Origin: a bacterium
GTDB taxonomy: Bacteria > Patescibacteriota > Patescibacteriia > JACQRZ01
DNA: 64,000 bases
NCBI GenBank assembly: GCA_030688365.1
Contig: JAUYIE010000005.1
Span: forward strand, 5,764-69,763
Direction of reading: 5' to 3'
Notes under the pieces: generated by a model
Database searches by the model: none
Told to the model about the DNA's origin: nothing
What the model saw: the letters and a program-made list of their open reading frames with translations, nothing else
In this document: piece after piece, positions 42,086 to 52,996 of the stretch
Position numbering within the stretch: the stretch's first letter is position 1
Layout: each line of letters begins with the position of its first letter
Program-made: the position numbers and the translations under genes

Positions 42086-43162
42086 TTAAAGTTTCTCATC
42101 ACGCAGTTGTTCCAACAGTGCACGTTGTTGACGAGAAATATGTTTGGGAACGATAATGTCGGTATGCACCAGCAGATCTCCTCTGCCACTTCGGTTAGTA
42201 TACGGCACTCCCAACCCGCGTAAACGAAACATCGTCCCATTTGCAGTTCCAGCAGGGATCTGTACTTCATACGCACCATCTGGTGCTGATACGGTAATCG
42301 TATCACCCAGCACCGCCTGTGTAAAGCTAATGGGCACACGCACGACCAAATCATTTCCATGACGCGCAAAAATCTTGTCAGGACGTATGCGTATCGTGAT
42401 ATAAATATCTCCGGCTGGCGCACCGTACAATCCTGCGTTTCCTTGTCCACCCAATCGCAATGTCCCTCCGTCGGAAATCCCAGGAGGAATATTGACTTCA
42501 AGAGTAGATCGCTCTTTCAATACACCGGGGCCGTTGCATGTACGACATACATGCTTTGGTTTGCGTCCTTGTCCTTTACAATCCGGACATTTCGTACTCG
42601 TTTGAATATTCCCTATAAGGGTGCGGTGGATACTCATCACCTGGCCTGATCCTTGACATCGTGCACATGTTTCAATTGGTGAACCTGGTTCTGCTCCTCT
42701 TCCTTGACAATGCCCGCACGACACGGTTCGCGCAACCGAAATCTCACGTTTTGCACCAAACAATGAATCGTTAAAATCCACGATCATTTCAAACGCCAAA
42801 TCTTCCCCTTTTGCCACATGTTCTTTCCGACGACCTCCACCAAATCCAAAAAAATCTCCAAAAATATCACCGAGGTCTCCCATATCAAAATCAGCGGTGT
42901 TAAACCCATATCCACCGGTATTTCCCCACGCTGAACCCGCCGCACCTCCTTGAGAAAATGCGGCGTGTCCAAATTGGTCGTACTGTGCACGCTTCTGGCT
43001 ATCTGAAAGTACTTGATATGCCTCATTAAGCTCCTTAAACTTTGCTTCATCGCCTCCTTTTTTATCAGGATGATGTTGATGTGCAAGTTTACGAAATGCC
43101 TTTTTTATCTCATCATCAGATGCAGTTTTTGAAACGCCCAGTATGTCGTAATAATCTTTCAT
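42086..43162 (-). CDS. dnaJ: Molecular chaperone DnaJ
   Basis: J domain with HPD, G/F region, four CxxCxGxG zinc-finger repeats. Confidence 0.9.
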   Translation of the reverse strand: MKDYYDILGVSKTASDDEIKKAFRKLAHQHHPDKKGGDEAKFKELNEAYQVLSDSQKRAQYDQFGHAAFSQGGAAGSAWGNTGGYGFNTADFDMGDLGDIFGDFFGFGGGRRKEHVAKGEDLAFEMIVDFNDSLFGAKREISVARTVSCGHCQGRGAEPGSPIETCARCQGSGQVMSIHRTLIGNIQTSTKCPDCKGQGRKPKHVCRTCNGPGVLKERSTLEVNIPPGISDGGTLRLGGQGNAGLYGAPAGDIYITIRIRPDKIFARHGNDLVVRVPISFTQAVLGDTITVSAPDGAYEVQIPAGTANGTMFRLRGLGVPYTNRSGRGDLLVHTDIIVPKHISRQQRALLEQLRDEKL

Positions 43163-45129
43163 TATTCGTCTTTCTTCGTAAATTCAGCATCAACGGCGTC
43201 TTTTGGTGGTGTTTGCGTATCTGTACCAGATTGTCCTTGCTTTGATGGGTCTTGATGAGAAGAATCTTGCGCAGTTGTTCCTTCAGCTGCCTGTCCTTCG
43301 CCAGTGTCTGGTGTGCCTGCTGGAGGCGTTTGCTCTGCATACATTGCACTTCCCACTTTGGAAAGAGCTTCATTAAGCTGGTCAGTCGCAGATCCAATCG
43401 CATCAGCGTCTGATCCATCTTTGACTGTTCTAAGACTGTCCATTTTTTCTTGTAGCGGCTTTTTAACATCTTCAGCGACTTTTTCACCATGTTCCTTCAA
43501 TACTTTTTCCGCCTGATATAACAGACTCTCCGCATTATTTTTCTTTTCAATCAAATCGCGTTTCTTTGCATCTTCATCCGCATGCAACTCTGCTTCTTTT
43601 TTCATACGATCTACTTCTGCGTCAGAAAGTGATGTGGAAGCGGTGATTGTGATCTTTTGCTCGCGTCCTGTTGCCTTATCTTTCGCAGAAACATTGAGTA
43701 TACCATTGGCATCAATATCAAATGAAACCTCAACTTGTGGCACACCGCGTGGTGCTGGAGGAATACCATCCAAGATAAACCGTCCAAGTGTTTTGTTGTC
43801 ACCTGCCATCTCTCGTTCTCCTTGTACGACATGGATCTCAACAGAAGTTTGATTATCACCTGCTGTTGAAAATGTCTGTGACTTTGAAGTTGGGATAGTT
43901 GTATTGCGTTCAATGATTTTTGTTGCAACTCCTCCCAATGTCTCAAGTCCGACAGAAAGTGGTGTTACATCCAAAAGCAAGACATCACGCACTTCTCCTT
44001 GCAACACACCGGCCTGTACTGCAGCCCCGATTGCTACTACCTCATCAGGATTGACGGTAGAGTTTGCTTTCTTTCCAAAAAAGTTTTCTACCATCTGTTG
44101 AATCAACGGCATACGGGTCATACCACCAACCAAAATAACTTCATTGATCTGACTAGTACTCAAATGTGCATCCTTGAGTGCATTACGACATGGTTCAAGT
44201 GATTTTTCTACCAAATCCCGAATCAGTTCTTCCAGCGTAGAACGCGTCATAGTCAATACAAGATGCTTTGGACCTGATGCATCAGAGGTGATAAAGGGTT
44301 GATTTATTTCAGTTTGAACGGCGGTAGAAAGTTCATGTTTTGCTTTTTCCGCTGCTTCTTTCAAGCGTTGAAGTGCAAGTTGATCCTTAGAAAGATCAAC
44401 ACCGTGCTCTTTCTTAAACTCATCAATGATCCAACGAATAATGCGTTGATCAAAGTCATCCCCTCCCAAGTGTGTATCACCATTGGTTGCTTTGACTTCT
44501 ACAGTATCGGCCGCTACTTCCAATACAGAAACGTCAAATGTACCGCCACCCATATCATACACAACGATCTTTTCATCTTTTTTCTTGTTAAAACCATATG
44601 CGAGTGCGGCAGCAGTAGGTTCGTTGATGATACGTTTGACATCAAGACCTGCAATACGTCCCGCATCTTTTGTCGCTTGGCGCTGTGAATCATCAAAATA
44701 CGCAGGAACAGTAATGACTGCCTCGGTGATTTTTTCACCAAGACGTTCTTCGGCATCTGATTTTAATTTCTGCAAAATCATTGCGGAAACTTCTTGCGGT
44801 GAATATTCTTTGCCACCCATCACCACCTTGAGCGCATCCCCGCTCTTGACAATCTTATATGACATCAAGGAAAGATCTTTTTGTACTTCCGTATCCTCAA
44901 AACGACGACCAATCAACCGCTTGACTGAAGCGATCGTATTGTCTGCGTTTGTCACTGCTTGACGCTTGGCAAGTAACCCTACCAAACGTTCGCCTGTCTT
45001 GGTAACCGAGATGACTGATGGTGTCGTACGGTTTCCTTCTTTGTTCTCAATAACACGTGGCTCTCCTCCTTCGATCACGGCCATACATGAGTTAGTAGTA
45101 CCGAGATCGATTCCGAGTATCTTTGGCAT
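43162..45129 (-). CDS. dnaK: Molecular chaperone DnaK (Hsp70)
   Basis: [35 protein letters not shown]; 655 aa. Confidence 0.95.
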   Translation of the reverse strand: MPKILGIDLGTTNSCMAVIEGGEPRVIENKEGNRTTPSVISVTKTGERLVGLLAKRQAVTNADNTIASVKRLIGRRFEDTEVQKDLSLMSYKIVKSGDALKVVMGGKEYSPQEVSAMILQKLKSDAEERLGEKITEAVITVPAYFDDSQRQATKDAGRIAGLDVKRIINEPTAAALAYGFNKKKDEKIVVYDMGGGTFDVSVLEVAADTVEVKATNGDTHLGGDDFDQRIIRWIIDEFKKEHGVDLSKDQLALQRLKEAAEKAKHELSTAVQTEINQPFITSDASGPKHLVLTMTRSTLEELIRDLVEKSLEPCRNALKDAHLSTSQINEVILVGGMTRMPLIQQMVENFFGKKANSTVNPDEVVAIGAAVQAGVLQGEVRDVLLLDVTPLSVGLETLGGVATKIIERNTTIPTSKSQTFSTAGDNQTSVEIHVVQGEREMAGDNKTLGRFILDGIPPAPRGVPQVEVSFDIDANGILNVSAKDKATGREQKITITASTSLSDAEVDRMKKEAELHADEDAKKRDLIEKKNNAESLLYQAEKVLKEHGEKVAEDVKKPLQEKMDSLRTVKDGSDADAIGSATDQLNEALSKVGSAMYAEQTPPAGTPDTGEGQAAEGTTAQDSSHQDPSKQGQSGTDTQTPPKDAVDAEFTKKDE

Positions 45130-45239
45130 ATCAACAACGCTGATTACAATTTAATTTGGTGAAAACCTTTTGATGATAGGTTCTCGATTCCGGAGACATC
45201 ATCGATCCCTCCGGCGTTTGAGATCCCATCAGCAATATA

Positions 45240-45695
45240 TTATCTAGATTTAAGTGATTTTTTGACGGTAATCTTCTTTGCTTTTGCTTGTGGCGCTTTT
45301 GGAATAGTGATTTTTAACACACCATTTTCAAACTGCGCGTCTGCTTGATCACCTACGACATGAGTTGGTAGAGCGACTTGACGATAAAAACTGCCACTTC
45401 GCACTTCTTTTCGCCAATAATCCTTGTCATCCACTTCTGATTTTTTTTCCATACTTCCTTTGATGGTCAGCACATCGTTCTCAATAGAGATATCAACATC
45501 ATCGGAATCAACGCCAGCAAGCGCAGTTTCAACGACAACACTGTTATCATTTTGGTACAAATCAATGTCGGGTGTAAAACCGCGACGCGTACCTTCTGAT
45601 GCGGGAAAATCGCGCATCATGCGATCAAAATCCTCATCAAATGGCCATAGAGGCGACCAACGAACTATTGCCATATTTTTCTCCTTATTCACCAC
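45240..45695 (-). CDS. Hsp20/alpha-crystallin family small heat-shock protein
   Basis: Alpha-crystallin domain (LPGVDSDDVDISIENDVLTIKG...FENGVLKITIPK); likely start at 45674. Confidence 0.85.
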   Translation of the reverse strand: MVNKEKNMAIVRWSPLWPFDEDFDRMMRDFPASEGTRRGFTPDIDLYQNDNSVVVETALAGVDSDDVDISIENDVLTIKGSMEKKSEVDDKDYWRKEVRSGSFYRQVALPTHVVGDQADAQFENGVLKITIPKAPQAKAKKITVKKSLKSR

Positions 45696-45715
45696 GCCTC
45701 AAAGTGCGAGGTGAA

Positions 45716-46246
45716 TTATGAATTAGCTATAATTTTATTGATAACAACCTTTGCCGGTAGCACGACCTTCCCATAGAGAGTATATCCCGCATTCACCTCT
45801 TTCAAGATAACACCTTCCTCTTTTGACGTATCTGATTCTGTACCGACCGCTTCGTGCTGTTGGGGATCAAACGACTGACCTTCCAGACTAGTAACTTGCT
45901 CTACACCAAGATTTTTCATTCCTTCTTGCAATTGCTTGTATATCTGATCTATTCCTGCCACCCAATCCGACCCCTTCAAATCAACAGGAACTTGATCAAA
46001 TGCTTTACGAAAGCTTTCCATCACTGGAATGACCTGTACGACTGCTGTCAATCCTGCAAACTGAGCTAACTCCCGTGACCGTTTCTCTTGTTCATTTTTA
46101 TAATTTATATAATCCGCTTTTGCACGTTTCCATCCGTCCAGATAATCTTGTGCTTCTTTTTTGGCTTTTTCAAGAGCTGATTGCGTCTGTGCGAGCGTCG
46201 TGGACTTTGTAGGAGATGATGTGATGTTATTTTTCGCCTCTTCCAT
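45716..46246 (-). CDS. grpE: Nucleotide exchange factor GrpE
   Basis: Coiled-coil N-region and C-terminal GrpE beta domain. Confidence 0.85.
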   Translation of the reverse strand: MEEAKNNITSSPTKSTTLAQTQSALEKAKKEAQDYLDGWKRAKADYINYKNEQEKRSRELAQFAGLTAVVQVIPVMESFRKAFDQVPVDLKGSDWVAGIDQIYKQLQEGMKNLGVEQVTSLEGQSFDPQQHEAVGTESDTSKEEGVILKEVNAGYTLYGKVVLPAKVVINKIIANS

Positions 46247-46252
46247 AGATAC

Positions 46253-46936
46253 TTATGTATTAATAATACTACGCGTTTCTTCTAAAAATGCCTTATTCAA
46301 CGAGTAATTCATTCTCATAGGCCCCAATATTCCCAAAAGACATACCATATCGTTGAGAGTATACCGCATCACAAGTGTACTGCAAGCAGGGCCAAAACAA
46401 CTTTGAGAGCCAATATATACAGATACATCATCTTTTTCGTCGTTTAGGACTTCCTCCAGCACGCGATCAAGGTGATCAATCAACCCTGTAATATCAGCCA
46501 AAAGCTCTTGTTTGCAGAATTCCGGTTTACTCACAAGATGAGACAAACCAGTATAATACGTATCATTTCGGCCAAACGCGATATATATCATCTCACCCGT
46601 ATTTTCCGCAATATATTGCGCGACTGCTTTAAGATTTTCACGATTCATAGACGGAATACGATGCGCAATCTCCTGTGCCAGTTTTGGCGACAATGAAGTC
46701 ATACCCAGTGATTTGACGTATGCTTGATATCCTTTTTCACTCGGTATGCGACCCGCAGAAGTATGCGGTTTTTCAAGATACCCTTCTTCTTCAAGCTCTG
46801 CCATGATATTTCGTACTGTCGCGGGGCTCACACAGGGATTATGTACCCCCGCCAAATAACCGGAGGAAATGGGTTGTCCGGTTGAAATATAATGCTCAAT
46901 GAGCTCGTCCAAAAGTGAAAAATGCCGTAAATTCAT
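46253..46936 (-). CDS. hrcA: Heat-inducible transcription repressor HrcA (short form)
   Basis: N-terminal wHTH SPATVRNIMAELEEEGYLEKPHTSAGRIPSEKGY; start set at ATG 46936 rather than the upstream GTG. Confidence 0.85.
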   Translation of the reverse strand: MNLRHFSLLDELIEHYISTGQPISSGYLAGVHNPCVSPATVRNIMAELEEEGYLEKPHTSAGRIPSEKGYQAYVKSLGMTSLSPKLAQEIAHRIPSMNRENLKAVAQYIAENTGEMIYIAFGRNDTYYTGLSHLVSKPEFCKQELLADITGLIDHLDRVLEEVLNDEKDDVSVYIGSQSCFGPACSTLVMRYTLNDMVCLLGILGPMRMNYSLNKAFLEETRSIINT

Positions 46937-46938
46937 AG

Positions 46939-46965
46939 TTAGCACTCTCGTTATTTGACTGCTAA
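46939..46965 (-). promoter_or_regulatory. CIRCE operator (HrcA binding site)
   Basis: TTAGCACTC-N9-GACTGCTAA; one mismatch to consensus TTAGCACTC-N9-GAGTGCTAA; immediately upstream of hrcA. Confidence 0.65.
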
Positions 46966-46969
46966 CTGT

Positions 46970-46998
46970 ATATTAAAAAAAAATAGGAAATATGTCAA
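46970..46998 (-). promoter_or_regulatory. Sigma70-type promoter of the hrcA operon
   Basis: Minus strand TTGACA-17 nt-TAATAT ending 4 nt before CIRCE. Confidence 0.45.
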
Positions 46999-47047
46999 GA
47001 GTTGAAAATCAGACAAAAAAAATGGCTCACAAATGGTAAGCCAAGAA

Positions 47048-47761
47048 TTACACATACGCAAGACCTGATGAAAACATGCTATCAACATATTCTTCATCAT
47101 TATTATTTTTTTGAAATAACGGATCTTGCGCAAATGCTTTTTGCGCATCCGCCCGCGCGGATTTTAGATACGTTTTACCCCACACAAAATTTCTTTCATG
47201 TGATAAAATTTTTTTGTACTCTGGTATGGTTTCCAAATAACCATGCTTTTCCCAGACTTTATACAAATCAGCTAACAATTTATTAATACTATGAACATCT
47301 CTCCTTTTCAGGCGATGTGACATAGCTTTTGCATATTCACTGGTAAGTAACTCCGGATCCAACGCATATTCATTGTATTCCCTAAGGCACCTCTCTTCTT
47401 GCATATCCAGACGATATGCATGAGAAATAGCACAAATGAACGATGGATTGTATGTTGGCATAAGCTCTTGCTTTCTACAGCTCGCGTATATTGCCTGTCG
47501 TAAACAGCGCGGAGTAGGATTTTTTGCCTGAATTACGTGTTGAAAAATTCTTAATCTATACCGTACCTCTTTTTCCGGTATATCATACTTTAATCCAAGC
47601 CAGAGAATTTCTTCCTCATCACTTTCGTATCCTTCCATATATTTCTCTGGAAACATTATCAACAAGAACGTGCCCCGATAATTCTCAGGAATATTATTTT
47701 CTCGTGATAACCTCTCAATCTCTTGCCGAATCTGTTTTTTAGTTACCTTCCTCTCCTGCAT
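47048..47761 (-). CDS. Hypothetical protein
   Basis: Start at ATG 47761 (MQERKV) preceded by AAGGGGGA RBS. Confidence 0.4.
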   Translation of the reverse strand: MQERKVTKKQIRQEIERLSRENNIPENYRGTFLLIMFPEKYMEGYESDEEEILWLGLKYDIPEKEVRYRLRIFQHVIQAKNPTPRCLRQAIYASCRKQELMPTYNPSFICAISHAYRLDMQEERCLREYNEYALDPELLTSEYAKAMSHRLKRRDVHSINKLLADLYKVWEKHGYLETIPEYKKILSHERNFVWGKTYLKSARADAQKAFAQDPLFQKNNNDEEYVDSMFSSGLAYV

Positions 47762-47908
47762 CGTGTTCCCCCTTTTATTATAATAATTTTTAATATACGA
47801 TTCGCATAGTGTACACACACTACAATAAAAAAATAGTTTTGACAAGGGAAAGGAATCCTTGACAATCAGTACCTATAGAATACACTAGCCATTAGGAGGT
47901 ACGTTGAA

Positions 47909-48268
47909 ATGAATAAAAAGTTGATTGAAAAATGGTTTCCAACTATAAGCCATTTTTTATACGATTTTGATGATAGAGTACAGGTTCAGCCAGTTTTTAT
48001 AGGAATCATACTTTTTTTAGGCACAGGACTGGCCTTTGCTACACTTTATAGAATCCGACCAATGGAAAGACCATACATTATGATGTTTTTTTGGATTGTG
48101 ATTGTATGGTGCATCTATCGGGTATGTGCTGCTCTAATAGAGATGTGGCAAAATAAAAAAGATAAGAAAGCATTCTTCGATGGCCGAAAAAAAATTGGCA
48201 TCGTAGTATTTTTATCAATTATATTAACGATTATTAGTGGACTCATATATCTACCATACATCTCTTAG
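47909..48268 (+). CDS. Small membrane protein, hypothetical
   Basis: AGGAGG RBS 8 nt upstream; three predicted TM helices. Confidence 0.4.
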   Translation: MNKKLIEKWFPTISHFLYDFDDRVQVQPVFIGIILFLGTGLAFATLYRIRPMERPYIMMFFWIVIVWCIYRVCAALIEMWQNKKDKKAFFDGRKKIGIVVFLSIILTIISGLIYLPYIS

Positions 48269-48294
48269 ACGTCCATTAATAATCCTGTATTAAA

Positions 48295-48328
48295 AAGAGA
48301 ACCTCTTAAATCAAGAGGATTTTTTTTA
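48295..48328. terminator. Bidirectional intrinsic terminator
   Basis: aaaaagagaaCCTCTT-aaatc-AAGAGGattttttttt between convergent genes. Confidence 0.5.
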
Positions 48329-48805
48329 CCCTACCTGCTCAAATGGTTTATTTTCTTCAATCGCCTCCAAAAATTGTTTTGCGCCAAGACCATCATGTTT
48401 ATCAGCACGCAATATTTGTGTATAGAGTTCTTTCGCTTTTTCCATTGCACCGGAACGGTAATGCAGGTGCGCAAGCCCAATCAATGCACGCATAGCCGGT
48501 CGATCTTCTTTTTTGAACCAATCCAACCGTTTTGGCCACCGCCCTCCTTCATAATATTGATCAAGTAGATATTTTGCTTCTCGATACCATCGTGTCGCTT
48601 CAAAAAAATCTTTGTGCATGAGATTGACTGCCCCCATACCGTTGTGCGCTTCCACCACATCCAAAACACCGATCTGTGGATCGTCCTCATTTTCCAACAC
48701 TTCGCGAAAGTGTTCTTCAGCCCTATCAAAATTGCCGATCTCATACGCACCCCATCCTTCGGCAATCAGATGGCTATATTTAGTGGTAAGGAGAGCTAAA
48801 AGCAT
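48326..48805 (-). CDS. Tetratricopeptide repeat protein
   Basis: Repeated W-LG-x-Y / A-x-x-Y helical-pair motifs (AEGWGAYEIGNFDRAEEHF, ATRWYREAKYLLDQYYEGG). Confidence 0.55.
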   Translation of the reverse strand: MLLALLTTKYSHLIAEGWGAYEIGNFDRAEEHFREVLENEDDPQIGVLDVVEAHNGMGAVNLMHKDFFEATRWYREAKYLLDQYYEGGRWPKRLDWFKKEDRPAMRALIGLAHLHYRSGAMEKAKELYTQILRADKHDGLGAKQFLEAIEENKPFEQVG

Positions 48806-48828
48806 ATACGTTTATTATAGCATTTTTT

Positions 48829-49422
48829 ATGACATCATGCATTGAATACAGTCCTCTCTCGTGTATACTGCAATATTATATGAAAATAGTAGATAAACAA
48901 TGGGTCAAAGACAACATAGCCACCATCCTATCGTCTCTCAAACGAGGTGACATTGTCATTTATCCCACTGATACGATTTATGGCATCGGATGCAATGCTT
49001 TGAATAAAACAAGCGTCCAAACACTTCGTTCATTAAAAAAGCGTCCAGAAAAGCCACTTTCAATCATTGCACCATCAAAACAATGGATTGAAGAATATTT
49101 TGTCGTACCTTCTGCTGGACTTGATGTATTACCTGGCCCCGTTACGTTGATTATAGAACCTCGTGACCCGTCATTTTTTCCAAAAATCCTCCACCCGGAC
49201 ACTGATAATATTGGCGTACGTCTCCTTGATCATTGGTGGCAGGACGTCATTACACAACTTGGCTTCCCGTGTGTCACCACATCAGTCAATGTTTCTGATG
49301 AACCACACATGATCAGTGTTGATGACATTCCCTCTTCTTTTCGCGAACACGTCGTATACTGCATCTACGAAGGCCCGATCAACGGTGTCTCAAGTAAAAA
49401 AATTTCGCTTTCTACAACATAA
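48829..49422 (+). CDS. tsaC: L-threonylcarbamoyladenylate synthase (TsaC/YrdC family)
   Basis: YrdC motif IVIYPTDTIYGIGCNALN ... KKRPEKPLSII; probable start at internal M (~48880). Confidence 0.75.
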   Translation: MTSCIEYSPLSCILQYYMKIVDKQWVKDNIATILSSLKRGDIVIYPTDTIYGIGCNALNKTSVQTLRSLKKRPEKPLSIIAPSKQWIEEYFVVPSAGLDVLPGPVTLIIEPRDPSFFPKILHPDTDNIGVRLLDHWWQDVITQLGFPCVTTSVNVSDEPHMISVDDIPSSFREHVVYCIYEGPINGVSSKKISLSTT

Positions 49423-50374
49423 ACAATCTCTGCCGTATTGCTTCCTTATATACATAATACCTGCGTAACACCACATACACTGGCCATTTTGTAAAAAAAA
49501 TCTTGATGTCCCGTTTGCCGTGCATGAGATAGCGTATGAAAAGCAATGGGATAAAAATCAGCGCGGTCAGTATATAGATATAGTCTTTTGGGTTCACTAT
49601 AACGCCATATTTCACCGGTGGACCAAACACCTGATAGTGATGGGGATATTTTTTCTTTAGCACCGGCCATACCGATGCATTGACTGCCGATCGTAGCAGT
49701 GATTTCACTGTCCAATCCATCGCTTGGTGAGATACGATAGCGTTTGGTACTCGTTTGAAAGAAAAACCCTTGCTCACAGCGCGGATAGCCATTTCTGAAT
49801 CTTCGTTGTTATAATCAAAAAAATCCCCATCAAAACCGCCACATACATCAAAGACTTTTTTTTGATACGCAACATTGCACCCCATCGGCCATTTGGCATC
49901 TTTGTTGGAAACCAATCGTTCAGGAAAATATCCTCTGTAATCTTTGCTCACATAAAAGGTTTGCCCAATTACAAGGCCTATATTTTCATTTTCAAAACCA
50001 CCCACCAAAGCAGTAAGCCAATCCTTTGTAACCACGCAATCATCATCAGTAAACGCAATGATATCATATCGTGCGTTCGCTATACCTGTATTTCTTGCCT
50101 CGCTCAAACCCTTGTTGTACGCGTGACGGATGACACGAATTTTTTCATTTGAAAGACTGTTCAAAAAATCAACCGTATTATCACTTGATCCATCATCTAC
50201 AACGACGATTTCATACTGTGAAAAATTAATATCCAAAAGTGCCGGAATACACTTTTTTAAGTATCCAAGCCTGTTGTATGTACACACAACGATTGAACAC
50301 GATGTCGTATCCATGCGATTATTCTTCACCAATAACGTTGACAACGGTACCTTTATAAGGTTCGTATTTCCCAA
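49412..50374 (-). CDS. Glycosyltransferase family 2
   Basis: IVVCTYNRLGYLKKCIPALL, DDGSSDNT, DDD. Confidence 0.75.
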   Translation of the reverse strand: MGNTNLIKVPLSTLLVKNNRMDTTSCSIVVCTYNRLGYLKKCIPALLDINFSQYEIVVVDDGSSDNTVDFLNSLSNEKIRVIRHAYNKGLSEARNTGIANARYDIIAFTDDDCVVTKDWLTALVGGFENENIGLVIGQTFYVSKDYRGYFPERLVSNKDAKWPMGCNVAYQKKVFDVCGGFDGDFFDYNNEDSEMAIRAVSKGFSFKRVPNAIVSHQAMDWTVKSLLRSAVNASVWPVLKKKYPHHYQVFGPPVKYGVIVNPKDYIYILTALIFIPLLFIRYLMHGKRDIKIFFTKWPVYVVLRRYYVYKEAIRQRLFML

Positions 50375-50464
50375 GTTTTATATCAGACATAGGGTGTATA
50401 AGTAAATAATTATAAGGGTACTCCTTGAATATAAAGAAGACAATGCATACTATTGCTTTTTTTC

Positions 50465-50494
50465 TTGACAGGTGAACACTCGTTCACTTATACT
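50465..50494 (+). promoter_or_regulatory. lexA promoter with embedded LexA operator (Cheo-box type GAAC-N4-GTTC)
   Basis: TTGACA(50465-50470) - GGTGAACACTCGTTCAC - TATACT; perfect palindrome GTGAACactcGTTCAC at 50473-50488 inside the spacer; ATG 50504 only ~10 nt after -10. Confidence 0.55.
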
Positions 50495-50503
50495 GATACT
50501 ACT

Positions 50504-51067
50504 ATGAATAAACATTTCAAAAAAATCGCTAACTTCTACAAGAGACATCGTCGTATGCCCAGCTATAGCGAAATCATGAAAAGCACAGGCATCAAATCAA
50601 AAAACGCGGTGTTCAAGGTCATAGAAAAGATGGTCACCGCTGGTCTTGTACAAAAAGATACCACAGGTAGGATTATCCCCCTTCCCGCACTTTTTTCTAT
50701 CCGTGTGTTGGGAACCGTTACCGCGGGATGGCCGTCCCCTGCCGAGGAAGAGTTGAGCGACACCATGAATATGGATGAATACCTTATTGACAACCGCGAT
50801 GCGACCTACTTACTCAAAGTCAATGGAGATTCCATGATAGACGCAGGCATCATGCAAGGAGATATGGTGCTCGTAGAGCGAGGCGTCGCTCCTCATCATG
50901 GCGATATCGTGATTGCTGAAATAGATCACGAGTGGACCATGAAATATTATCAAAAGAAAAACGGCGCGGTCTGGCTGGTGCCTGCAAACAAAAAATATAC
51001 ACCAATAAAAGCGCAAGAAGAGCTCAATATTGCCGCGATCGTCAAAGCAGTCGTACGAAAATACTAA
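50504..51067 (+). CDS. lexA: SOS repressor LexA
   Basis: N-terminal wHTH; S24 peptidase domain with cleavage-site region VAAGWPSP, catalytic S in GDSMIDAGI and K in KYYQK; start at ATG 50504. Confidence 0.85.
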   Translation: MNKHFKKIANFYKRHRRMPSYSEIMKSTGIKSKNAVFKVIEKMVTAGLVQKDTTGRIIPLPALFSIRVLGTVTAGWPSPAEEELSDTMNMDEYLIDNRDATYLLKVNGDSMIDAGIMQGDMVLVERGVAPHHGDIVIAEIDHEWTMKYYQKKNGAVWLVPANKKYTPIKAQEELNIAAIVKAVVRKY

Positions 51068-51078
51068 TCTATCCTCCC

Positions 51079-52374
51079 ATGGCATCATTTTCTCGCGCTA
51101 TTATTCATATTGACGGCGATGCATTTTTTGCCTCCTGCGAACAATCCCGTAATCCCGCGCTTGCCGGCAAACCAGTCATCACCGGCAAAGAACGTGGCAT
51201 CGCATCTTCCATGAGCTATGAAGCCAAAGCAAAAGGCGTCACTCGTGCCATGCGTCTTTTTGAAATCAAACAACTCTGTCCTGATGCGGTCATCCTTCCT
51301 TCCGACTATGAAACCTACAGCATCCTTTCAAAACGGTTCTTTGATATTGTGCGCAGGTATACCGCCGATGTGGAAGAATACAGCATTGACGAATGTTTTG
51401 CCGACTTGACAGGCCTTGATACCGTACGCGGATGCTCATATGAAACTATCGTACAGGATATCCAACGCGTACTTTTTGATGAGCTAGGATTTACGTTTTC
51501 CATTGGCGTGGGCCCAAACAAACTCATTGCAAAGATTGGCTCAAAATGGAAAAAACCGTTTGGCATCACCGTCATTTCCAAAGATATTATTGACCACCAT
51601 CTCGCGTCTATACCCGTCGGAAAGATTTGGGGTATCGGACCACAGACCACGTCCTTGCTTGCCACACGAGGCATATTCACCGCACTTGAGTTTAAACAAA
51701 AATCAAAAGATTGGATCACTTACCACCTTTCCAAACCGTTTTATGAATTATGGCTTGAGATGCATGGACTTTCTATCCTCCCCCTCAATATTAAAGAAAA
51801 AGAACGCTATGACTCCATTCAAAAAGTAAAAACATTTACTCCCCCATCATCTGATAAAAAATTTATATATGCGCAACTTTCAAAAAATATTGAAAGCGCG
51901 TGCATCAAAGTACGAAAATACAATCTTGCTACTAAGGAAGTGTATTTTTTCCTCCGCACACAAGAGTTTCACGATGAATGGCAAAAGATAGTCCTCCCGC
52001 GCTACACTTCGTTTCCTCATGAGATCATCAAAGCATGTGAGGTGCCATTTAATCGTATATTTGACTGTCGCGCTCAATATCGTTCTACTGGTATCACTAT
52101 GACAAAGCTCCTACAAAATCCGTATGCCCAACGTGATATGTTTGGGGAATATGTACAACAAGAAAAACTCGCACGCCTCTATGAAGGCGTGGATGCTATG
52201 AGAAAAAAATACGGTAAATATACAATATTGCTCGGTTCAAGTCTGATGGCAAAAAAATTTTCGCGACATCTGGGCGCGCGCGGTGACGCACCGGCACGAG
52301 CACATACACTTTTTAAAGGTGAGACCCAGCGCAAACGACTCAACATACCTATGTTTATGGGTAAAGTGAAGTGA
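51079..52374 (+). CDS. dinB: DNA polymerase IV (Y-family)
   Basis: IIHIDGDAFFASCEQ, SIDECFAD, Y-family palm/fingers; start set at ATG 51079 (MASFSRAII). Confidence 0.85.
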   Translation: MASFSRAIIHIDGDAFFASCEQSRNPALAGKPVITGKERGIASSMSYEAKAKGVTRAMRLFEIKQLCPDAVILPSDYETYSILSKRFFDIVRRYTADVEEYSIDECFADLTGLDTVRGCSYETIVQDIQRVLFDELGFTFSIGVGPNKLIAKIGSKWKKPFGITVISKDIIDHHLASIPVGKIWGIGPQTTSLLATRGIFTALEFKQKSKDWITYHLSKPFYELWLEMHGLSILPLNIKEKERYDSIQKVKTFTPPSSDKKFIYAQLSKNIESACIKVRKYNLATKEVYFFLRTQEFHDEWQKIVLPRYTSFPHEIIKACEVPFNRIFDCRAQYRSTGITMTKLLQNPYAQRDMFGEYVQQEKLARLYEGVDAMRKKYGKYTILLGSSLMAKKFSRHLGARGDAPARAHTLFKGETQRKRLNIPMFMGKVK

Positions 52375-52887
52375 TTAGTCACGTGCAAATACGATCGGTA
52401 TTTCTAATGCATCGTCATGTTCCGGCAATCCGGATGGATTATCTTTGCGCAGGATGAGTGTCCCTGCATCACTATAGACATCCTTGTCCACAGTAAAAGT
52501 CAATGTGGTCTCAAATGGCACGAACTCCGTAGTCATCCAATCTCCTTTTGCTTGCGCGATACTGTGCGCGATGATCTTACCATCCCAATCAATCAGCACG
52601 ACGGGAAAACTTGCCTCAAAAAACCAAGAACCACGAGCTTTACCTTGCACTATCAACGGACTGCTGATGCTTTGCCCAGGACGAGGAGACGCAAGTTGAA
52701 TAAGCTCATCGTTTGTTGTTTGGTCCATTTCCAAGACATGATCTTTCTCAATCGGAATGACCATTGAGACAGGATCAGTCGCTAGATGTTCTTCTGTTTC
52801 TCTGGTTGATATATAAATAAAAAAACCGAGACAGCAGAGTAATAAAAAACCACCAATAATCAAAATCATACGCATAGTTTTAGACAT
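52375..52887 (-). CDS. Hypothetical membrane-anchored/secreted protein
   Basis: N-terminal TM/signal then beta-rich domain. Confidence 0.35.
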   Translation of the reverse strand: MSKTMRMILIIGGFLLLCCLGFFIYISTRETEEHLATDPVSMVIPIEKDHVLEMDQTTNDELIQLASPRPGQSISSPLIVQGKARGSWFFEASFPVVLIDWDGKIIAHSIAQAKGDWMTTEFVPFETTLTFTVDKDVYSDAGTLILRKDNPSGLPEHDDALEIPIVFARD

Positions 52888-52996
52888 ATATCACCACTGT
52901 ACTCCTCGTAAGCAATTTTGTATAGAACTGTGTTTATTCATCTTCCTGTGGGCAATTGCGGAGAACCAAAGAGATACTAGGTGGGGAGATAATTGG

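Noticed and set aside
47850-47908. Tandem TTGACA boxes upstream of 47909..48268
   Set aside because: Spacing to any -10-like hexamer (TAGAAT) is 11 or >25 nt, so no convincing sigma70 promoter could be assembled; only the AGGAGG RBS is solid.
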